From a virus (Duplodnaviria; Caudoviricetes), in the IMG/VR virus record IMGVR_UViG_2907408351_000001, positions 2,863 through 66,862 of that record: a DNA stretch of 64,000 nt. The stretch is one strand, 5' to 3'. The position numbers and the translations under genes are program-made. The notes below the pieces were generated by a model. That model was not told where the DNA came from. It was given only the letters and a program-made list of their open reading frames with translations, and did not search any database. Shown piece after piece: positions 58,300 to 64,000 of this stretch (positions are counted from its first letter, which is position 1; each line of letters begins with the position of its first letter).

Positions 58300-58857
58300 A
58301 TGGGAGAATTTAATAAATTGTCGGAAGTAGAAGACAAGGATATGCAAAATTACTTGGGACTCATCGGAACGATTGCTATGATTTTAACTCAAATCCTAAG
58401 ATGGGGACTAAAAAAATTCAAAGAAAAAAGAAAACTAAGAAGTTTAAAAAATCTCGAACCGTATCCCGTTACAAGTCCGTATTTTAGATCGATCAGGGAA
58501 GTAACGAGGCTCGATATTTATTTTGATCGAAACCTTACTACAAAGTCTTCGGACACGTTATGCCAAGATCTCATTTCTCTTTATACAAAAGCAAAAGAGA
58601 ACCGTTTAGAATCTATCAAGATTGAATTTGCTCACTATGGCTCGATCAGTTCGGCCGGCAGTTCTGCTTTACAAAAATTCACAGATTACGTTTCCGAATT
58701 TAACGGAATTCGGTTGGTGATAAAGTTTCCGACGGATTCTCCGGACGCTGTAAAATTATATTTAGATTTGCAAAGGCACAGAGCAGGTTTCGATTCCGGA
58801 CGAATCGAATTGTATTTGAACGATTATACAGAATACGTTAAGAATCACGAACTCTAA
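58300..58857 (+). CDS. single-pass membrane protein with STAS-like domain
   Basis: N-terminal TM; IKIEFAHYGSISSAGSSAL..NGIRLVI. Confidence 0.55.
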   Translation: MGEFNKLSEVEDKDMQNYLGLIGTIAMILTQILRWGLKKFKEKRKLRSLKNLEPYPVTSPYFRSIREVTRLDIYFDRNLTTKSSDTLCQDLISLYTKAKENRLESIKIEFAHYGSISSAGSSALQKFTDYVSEFNGIRLVIKFPTDSPDAVKLYLDLQRHRAGFDSGRIELYLNDYTEYVKNHEL

Positions 58858-58896
58858 GATCTTCCCCGATATACATTTCTCGCAAATGATCGAGAA

Positions 58897-59577
58897 ATGG
58901 AATACGAACATTTTATCCCCGCTCTAATCGAAGAAACTAAACACCGCTATCAGTTTTCTCAAGAAAGAAAGAACTGGCCGCAATTAGATTTCGAAAACAA
59001 TCACGTATTAATTGGAGTTCGAGGGATTTCGATTGAAAACAACCAAGTTTTTTTGAACGACGATAGTTTCGATCGATTCAACGACGTTCTTTTCAATATC
59101 CTTCCCGGAGGGAAATCCTGGGGGAGTCGTGTAGTTACGATGGATCCCGGTAAGGTTTCCAAACAAACTCTTCTAAAATACGGAGTTACCGAAGGAGAAG
59201 CGAGAGTAGAGGAGGGTTTGTATTTGGTTAAGATCGGGCTTCATCACGGACATATTGCTTTTAATCAAGCCTCTCAATTTTCTTTCAGACGAGACGCAAA
59301 CGGCGATCATGTTTGGAACAACTTAGATCCTCTCTTCAAAGGTTTTATCGGAATCAATATTCACGCGCAAGGTATGGAGAAGGATTACGTTGGCGTGAGT
59401 TCACTTGGATGTACCGTTACTCGTGCCTATTGGAATCACCCCGAATGGCTATCTCTTATTTCCGTCTTTCAAGGAGCAGAACTAAAAGCGCGTCAAACGG
59501 ACCCGAAATTTCCAGGTTTTTGTTATGCACTATTTAATCAAGATTCAGCGAAGAAAATCTTAGATTCTAATATGTGA
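58897..59577 (+). CDS. endolysin (L,D-transpeptidase-like fold, putative)
   Basis: LIGVRG..FND..RD.N.D..GINIH..SLGC. Confidence 0.7.
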   Translation: MEYEHFIPALIEETKHRYQFSQERKNWPQLDFENNHVLIGVRGISIENNQVFLNDDSFDRFNDVLFNILPGGKSWGSRVVTMDPGKVSKQTLLKYGVTEGEARVEEGLYLVKIGLHHGHIAFNQASQFSFRRDANGDHVWNNLDPLFKGFIGINIHAQGMEKDYVGVSSLGCTVTRAYWNHPEWLSLISVFQGAELKARQTDPKFPGFCYALFNQDSAKKILDSNM

Positions 59578-59618
59578 ACTACCAGTTCCGATTTTTAGGA
59601 TCATGCTACTTTTTATGA

Positions 59619-59957
59619 ATGAATCAACCGCTAAATGCCAAAGAGGTTCTAAACATTCAACCGGACTCGCAAGAAGCTCGTGAATTAGAATCAAAACTCA
59701 AACATTCTATAATAGTAAACAAGAACGTGTTTAGAAGAAGTAACCAATCCTTTTGGCTTGGTCTATTTTTCGTTCTGGTTGGCCTTTATATTCTCTATAC
59801 AACTCCGGAACAAAAAATATCCGAAGGTTATGGGGGGGTCAGTGTTCACGGACTTTTTCTTACTTCCGGAATTGTTCTCATGTCTTGGTTTAAGACCGGT
59901 GAAATTCTAAATGCCGTCGGTGAGTTTATCTCAAAAGCGAGGGGAGGGAATCCATGA
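59619..59957 (+). CDS. holin (putative)
   Basis: 112 aa, two TM segments, after the endolysin. Confidence 0.6.
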   Translation: MNQPLNAKEVLNIQPDSQEARELESKLKHSIIVNKNVFRRSNQSFWLGLFFVLVGLYILYTTPEQKISEGYGGVSVHGLFLTSGIVLMSWFKTGEILNAVGEFISKARGGNP

Positions 59958-60391
59958 AGTTGGCTTTTCTTTTAATCGCTCTCACCTTTTTCTATACAGG
60001 ATGTTTCTCACCTCCGGTAGAACCGGCGTTTGATTTCAAAAAAGAAACTCAAAAAATGAAAGAGAATCAAACAAGTCGGAAAAAGACATCGGATCCATCG
60101 GAACTAGAACAGATTTGTAACGACAACGAATCCGGTCGAGCGCGAGCTCTCGACGCTTTTCTAAAGCAAAAAGAGGTTTCAGATTATTGGAAGAAGGTTG
60201 CGGAAGACAGAAAATCGGACGCCGAATTCGGGCGCTCAATTAAAAACTGGATTTCGGTTTTTTTGATCGGGGGAGCGATCTCTTTATTTACCGGAATTTT
60301 TTTGTATGTCTCCGGATTCGGATCTAAGGCAATCGGTGGAATTTCTAAAATCCTCTCTCTAATTCCCACTAAGAGTTCTCCTCCAGAGTAA
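59954..60391 (+). CDS. lipoprotein with C-terminal TM (u-spanin-like)
   Basis: FFYTGC lipobox; WISVFLIGGAISLFTGIFLYV. Confidence 0.6.
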   Translation: MKLAFLLIALTFFYTGCFSPPVEPAFDFKKETQKMKENQTSRKKTSDPSELEQICNDNESGRARALDAFLKQKEVSDYWKKVAEDRKSDAEFGRSIKNWISVFLIGGAISLFTGIFLYVSGFGSKAIGGISKILSLIPTKSSPPE

Positions 60392-60422
60392 TCATTTCTT
60401 TCCTTTCCAACTTACTCGCTCT

Positions 60423-60445
60423 GACCCCGAAAGGGGTCTTTTTTT
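60423..60445 (+). terminator. intrinsic terminator after the lysis cassette
   Basis: GACCCC-GAAA-GGGGTC followed by T7. Confidence 0.9.
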
Positions 60446-60511
60446 ATTGACTATTTATCTTTGAATATACGTTATTCTTGAAATACCAGTTAGGCGAAAT
60501 GTTGCAAGAAA

Positions 60512-61408
60512 ATGAATAAGCAACCAAAAAGGCATCACTGGGTTCCTCAATTCTATTTAGAGTATTTTTCATTACCTGAAACTATAGGTACGAAAACTCC
60601 AGAAATTTGGTGTTTTCAGAAAGGCAATACCGATCAGATTGAATTTACCACCGGAATTCATAATGTCGCTGTAAAAAAGGATTTATACTCAATACTCTCA
60701 GAGGAAGGTAAGGATACTAAACTGGAGTCTGAATTCTCAGATATAGAAGGTTTAATGAGTCAAATATGGAAAACCTTAGCGTACGGGAATTCTGATTTCA
60801 GTAAATCCAGTTCTTACAAAAAAGGGTTTTCTCTATTTTTAGCATTGATGCTAACTCGCCATCCCAATCGATTATTGGAATGGGATTCAATTCACAAAAA
60901 TATAATTAATTTAGTGGCGGATGCTCATAAAACTTCAAGTGAAGATAAATTAGAAATACGCAACATAGAATATGAATTTGATATCAAAGATTATGACTTA
61001 TTTAAAAATCAAGATCAAAAGGACTTAAAGAATAGTTACCTAACACAAATAAAATCGCATACCATGGATCTTACTCAAGAATTGCTCAAAAAACGATGGT
61101 CAATACTTATTAGTGAGGCTCCATTGTTTGTTACAAGTGATAATCCGGTCCTTATCATTAACGATAGAAATATAGGTATAAATAGACCAGACACTCAGAT
61201 TATTTTCCCTATTTCTCCAGCAAGAGCCTTTTTACTTGATAATCTAATCAGTGAACCTCACTGGCAATATTATCCTGTAACTGAAAACCAAGTTAAAGAA
61301 CTCAATTACCTTCAATGGGTTTCAGATATTAAATTTCTATTATCTCCGCGTCCAATCATTGAAGTATTAAAAGAAATTCTAATTATTAGCAATAATAAAC
61401 GTGAATAA
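60512..61408 (+). CDS. DUF4238-type protein
   Basis: HHWVPQFYL, FVTSDNPV, FPISP. Confidence 0.8.
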   Translation: MNKQPKRHHWVPQFYLEYFSLPETIGTKTPEIWCFQKGNTDQIEFTTGIHNVAVKKDLYSILSEEGKDTKLESEFSDIEGLMSQIWKTLAYGNSDFSKSSSYKKGFSLFLALMLTRHPNRLLEWDSIHKNIINLVADAHKTSSEDKLEIRNIEYEFDIKDYDLFKNQDQKDLKNSYLTQIKSHTMDLTQELLKKRWSILISEAPLFVTSDNPVLIINDRNIGINRPDTQIIFPISPARAFLLDNLISEPHWQYYPVTENQVKELNYLQWVSDIKFLLSPRPIIEVLKEILIISNNKRE

Positions 61409-61418
61409 GCAACACTGC

Positions 61419-61448
61419 GTCTAACTGCGTCTCCTCGCTTCGTTAGGC
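61419..61448 (+). other. truncated attC-like site
   Basis: GTCTAAC (RYYYAAC) after the stop and GTTAGGC at 61442; GTTAGGC also at 60489 before the gene. Confidence 0.5.
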
Positions 61449-61495
61449 TCTATTACATACATATTAATTCATAATTTATGTTCTTGAAAATCAAG

Positions 61496-61867
61496 CTATT
61501 CAGTAAAAAGAAAAATTTCAACGGGTTTTTTAAATATTCGCGAAAGCTGTTTTGCCAAATCTTTTGGAATTGATCTCTTCCCAAGCTCCATAGCCGAGAG
61601 ATTTTGTCTCGGGATTCCGCCCAACTTTATCCCGAGTTCAGAAAGACTTAATCCAGCTTTCTTTCTGTAGTATTTCATTTTAGAACCTGGCTGAAGAAAT
61701 TCTTTATTTTCTTTGAAAAATTCAGTCTCCTTCCAAGAAATTGATTCCTCTGACTTTTCAATACGAAGCTTCTTACCAAATTCTTTTTTAAGAGCTTTCA
61801 AAAGAGAGGAGGAAATTTCACCTTTAATTGTAACTTCAGTAAGGGGCGTTTTCACCACTGCCTGCAT
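61496..61867 (-). CDS. XRE HTH antitoxin (orphan)
   Basis: MQAVVKTP N-terminus; YRKKAGLSLSELG..GIPRQNLSAMELGKRSI. Confidence 0.8.
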   Translation of the reverse strand: MQAVVKTPLTEVTIKGEISSSLLKALKKEFGKKLRIEKSEESISWKETEFFKENKEFLQPGSKMKYYRKKAGLSLSELGIKLGGIPRQNLSAMELGKRSIPKDLAKQLSRIFKKPVEIFLFTE

Positions 61868-61903
61868 AGAGTATACCTCGATTAATAATCAAATTCTTTT
61901 TAT

Positions 61904-62455
61904 CTAAGTGATTCTTAATAACTTTTCGAACATTTCAAATGCTTCCTTTCCCAATGGACCTTCTTGAAAACACCATTCTTTGACCATTCTCATCTCAAAA
62001 CGTTGGCTTCTTGCTACTAAAAGAGCCTGATCAAGACATTCTCGTGCATTGAAATGTATATAAGAAGACAGTCTATCCTTTATACAATCAGTCGGTGAAA
62101 ATATTTTTAATATTTTACCTTCAATTTCTTTTTCATCTGGAATGATCTTATAATCATCACCAATTGAGACCGGAGCAGAAAGAAATTCAATAAAAAGATG
62201 ATTGCATTTTGGGTGAACATAATGACGACTCCTTTTATAAAACCCTAATCCTTCCATTACAGATTTTATTTCTGTCGCTTTGGAAATAAGCGGTTCAACT
62301 AAATCTATATCTCCGGATCGATAAGCACCTCTTGAATAGATTGAAACGACAGCACCGCCGACTAAAACAGATTGAATTCCTTTATTAGCCAAATGCCATC
62401 CTACAAATTGCCAAAGTCCTTCCTCGTTTACATGAGTCCAGTCAGGTTCATCCAT
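61904..62455 (-). CDS. nucleotidyltransferase-fold protein (type IV TA toxin-like)
   Basis: VLVGGAVV..Y...YRSGDIDLV; start at MDEPDW overlapping the upstream stop. Confidence 0.7.
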   Translation of the reverse strand: MDEPDWTHVNEEGLWQFVGWHLANKGIQSVLVGGAVVSIYSRGAYRSGDIDLVEPLISKATEIKSVMEGLGFYKRSRHYVHPKCNHLFIEFLSAPVSIGDDYKIIPDEKEIEGKILKIFSPTDCIKDRLSSYIHFNARECLDQALLVARSQRFEMRMVKEWCFQEGPLGKEAFEMFEKLLRIT

Positions 62456-62792
62456 AGACAGGCTTTCCCTTTTGTCTTGGTCTTCTTCGAGTTGAAAAGA
62501 TAGATTCTTTTTCTTCAAGAGATAAGGAATTGTAAAAAATAGCCAAAATATCTTTGATTGGTTTAACGAAAGGGGACTTTGGATTAAAAGCGAAAACTCG
62601 CGATCGGCCTACATTTTTTGCGACCAGTATTCCAGATCTCTCAAATCGCTCAAGCTGAAGTCGTATTGGTGTGACGGCAGTACCGTAGTCATTTGCGATC
62701 GCAGATGAGTGAATTTCGTTATAGTGGTAAACGTGTAATAGAACTCTTGAAGCCGTCCCATTCCCAAAAATTCCATCAAGGATCATTTTCAA
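62448..62792 (-). CDS. winged-helix regulator/antitoxin
   Basis: IFG..ASRVLL..IA..G...TPIRLQLERFERSGIL..VGRSRVF.FN. Confidence 0.75.
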   Translation of the reverse strand: MKMILDGIFGNGTASRVLLHVYHYNEIHSSAIANDYGTAVTPIRLQLERFERSGILVAKNVGRSRVFAFNPKSPFVKPIKDILAIFYNSLSLEEKESIFSTRRRPRQKGKPVYG

Positions 62793-63014
62793 AACTTAAT
62801 ACATTCTCTTTTTCTTATCAACTAAAATATAGTCCATATTTGCTAATTTTTAGTCAATGCAAAAAGAACCCTAAAGCGATGATTCTTTCAAGAATTAAGG
62901 CGGGTAAAAATAGGGTGGCCGGGAAAGTATTTTCATTTTTAAATACATCACAGATATTTGCTTAACTTCCGATAATACATAATTTCTTCTCATTCATTAA
63001 GAGACATAATTCTA

Positions 63015-63042
63015 ACGGGACATAATAGATATTATCGGTAGT
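63015..63042 (-). other. dif-like (Xer-type) recombination site
   Basis: Reverse complement ACTACCGATAA-TATCTA-TTATGTCCCGT, 11-6-11 layout. Confidence 0.6.
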
Positions 63043-63143
63043 CATATAGTAAGCAAACATTTATTTAGCATTCTGACCCCGATCGCCCTTTCAAGCTGAA
63101 TTATCGTTTTTCACTTTATTTAACTTTTTATAACCTTTCAGGT

Positions 63144-63176
63144 TTGACAAAGCAGGTGTAACATTATATTGTTACA
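63144..63176 (+). promoter_or_regulatory. sigma70 promoter with overlapping operator of the TA operon
   Basis: TTGACA-N17-TATTGT; palindrome TGTAACA-N6-TGTTACA at 63157-63176. Confidence 0.75.
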
Positions 63177-63575
63177 GTGAAAATGAAGGAGACCTCAGAG
63201 TATCTCGTCTATAAAGGTCCGGCTTTTTCGATCGAGTGGTACTTTGATAAAAACTCAAAGTCCATATCTATGGAATTCTTTGAGAGCCTTACAATCGACG
63301 AGCAAGATGACTTTCTTGTACTCGTTAAGAAAATGGGAGATTCCGGAAAGATATTTAACGAACAAAAGTTCCGAAATGAAGGTGATAAGATTTTCGCCTT
63401 TAAGCCGAAACCGAATAGATTCCTTTGTTTTTTCGCTGTGGGTAAGAAGATAATAGTCACGAATGGATTTCCAAAGAGACAAGATAAATTACCCGCAAAT
63501 GAGAAAGATAGAGCGAAAGCGTTACGGAAAGATTATTTAGAAAGGATTGATGCAGGAACATATTATGAAAAGTAA
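63177..63575 (+). CDS. RelE/ParE-family (HigB-like) toxin
   Basis: S..EFF..L..KIFAFK...RFLCFF...KIIVTNGFPKRQDKLP..E..RA. Confidence 0.88.
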   Translation: MKMKETSEYLVYKGPAFSIEWYFDKNSKSISMEFFESLTIDEQDDFLVLVKKMGDSGKIFNEQKFRNEGDKIFAFKPKPNRFLCFFAVGKKIIVTNGFPKRQDKLPANEKDRAKALRKDYLERIDAGTYYEK

Positions 63576-63873
63576 ATCTACTTTCGACAGAATTATGCAA
63601 GACCCTCAAAGGCGAAAATCTTTTGAAAAGAAGTATAACGAGTTTTATCTTTCTGAAATGATAAGCGAACTAATGGAACAAGAGCATATTTCCGTTCGAG
63701 AACTTGCTGAAAAAACTAATCTTTCCCCGACCGTAATTCAAGACATTAAATCAGGAAAAAGAGACAACCCTACTTTCAATAGCTTGATAAGTGTAATTGA
63801 AGCGCTCGGGGCCGAAATAGTATTCAAGAAAGGCAATAAAGAACTCTACCATGTTCCGAAAGTTCATGCTTAG
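63565..63873 (+). CDS. XRE HTH antitoxin (HigA-like)
   Basis: ISVRELAEKTNLSPTVIQDIKSG..NPTFNSL. Confidence 0.88.
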   Translation: MKSKSTFDRIMQDPQRRKSFEKKYNEFYLSEMISELMEQEHISVRELAEKTNLSPTVIQDIKSGKRDNPTFNSLISVIEALGAEIVFKKGNKELYHVPKVHA

Positions 63874-63878
63874 TTTCA

Positions 63879-63906
63879 ACTTCCGTGAATGCACCTTATG
63901 TCTCAT
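63879..63906 (+). other. dif-like (Xer-type) recombination site
   Basis: ACTTCCGTGAA-TGCACC-TTATGTCTCAT. Confidence 0.55.
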
Positions 63907-63923
63907 CTGAGCGGTCCGTACCT

Positions 63924-64000
63924 TGTATGTTCTGGCACATCGGTAACACTATAGACCGGAGACATGGGTTACACTTTATTCGTTGTAGTTGTACACAGGT
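63924..64000. mobile_element. probable IS end (IS481-like), truncated by the window edge
   Basis: TGT terminus with tandem subterminal repeats CACATCGGTAACACT / GACATGGGTTACACT. Confidence 0.4.

Larger units (their letters stand above)
1..60445. mobile_element. Temperate myovirus-type phage-plasmid (plasmid prophage), probably Leptospira LE1-like; left boundary not visible
   Basis: Rep/ParA/ParB plus repressor, terminase, portal, capsid, contractile tail and lysis genes; no integrase in the window. Confidence 0.85.

Noticed and set aside
62969-62995. CCGAT resembling the late promoter
   Set aside because: No -10 hexamer at 14 nt; better explained as a dif-like half-site
2706-63482. Numerous 60-140 aa ORFs antisense to or nested in longer genes
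   Set aside because: Shadow ORFs without motifs or expression signals
1-64000. CRISPR array, tRNA or rRNA genes, integrase
   Set aside because: No regularly spaced repeat-spacer array, cloverleaf or recombinase ORF recognised by eye

Overview
The window is most of a temperate myovirus-type phage-plasmid (plasmid prophage). The host is inferred to be a spirochaete, most likely Leptospira (LE1-like organisation, spirochaetal lipoprotein signals); this was not checked by a database search. Layout: plasmid replicon (DnaC-like loader, Rep, ParB, ParA; 753-5082, minus strand); repressor/antirepressor switch and early genes including a second, lambda-O-like initiator (5.7-10.4 kb); a methyltransferase/ParB cluster and terminase (10.5-16.3 kb); a scrambled morphogenesis region on both strands whose capsid, portal, sheath and tube resemble Herelleviridae (Twort/K/A511-type) proteins (18-58 kb); a lysis cassette (58.3-60.4 kb); and an accessory tail of defence and toxin-antitoxin genes ending at a probable IS end. 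Main findings read directly from the sequence: (1) a 14-copy promoter-like motif CCGAT-N14-(T)AnnnT, 13 copies lying 6-10 nt before a late-gene start codon, implying many leaderless late transcripts; (2) a complete -1 frameshift signal (internal SD, C_CCU_UUC, 15-bp hairpin) that would append a 12-cysteine domain to a baseplate/fibre protein; (3) a +1/-2 shift at an A9 run in the tail chaperone; (4) a family of probable head-packaged cargo proteins sharing modules and K/S-type protease sites; (5) a DUF3800-type gene with a structured upstream RNA; (6) dif-like sites bracketing a toxin-antitoxin module; (7) an integron-cassette relic. Family assignments come from motif recognition only.
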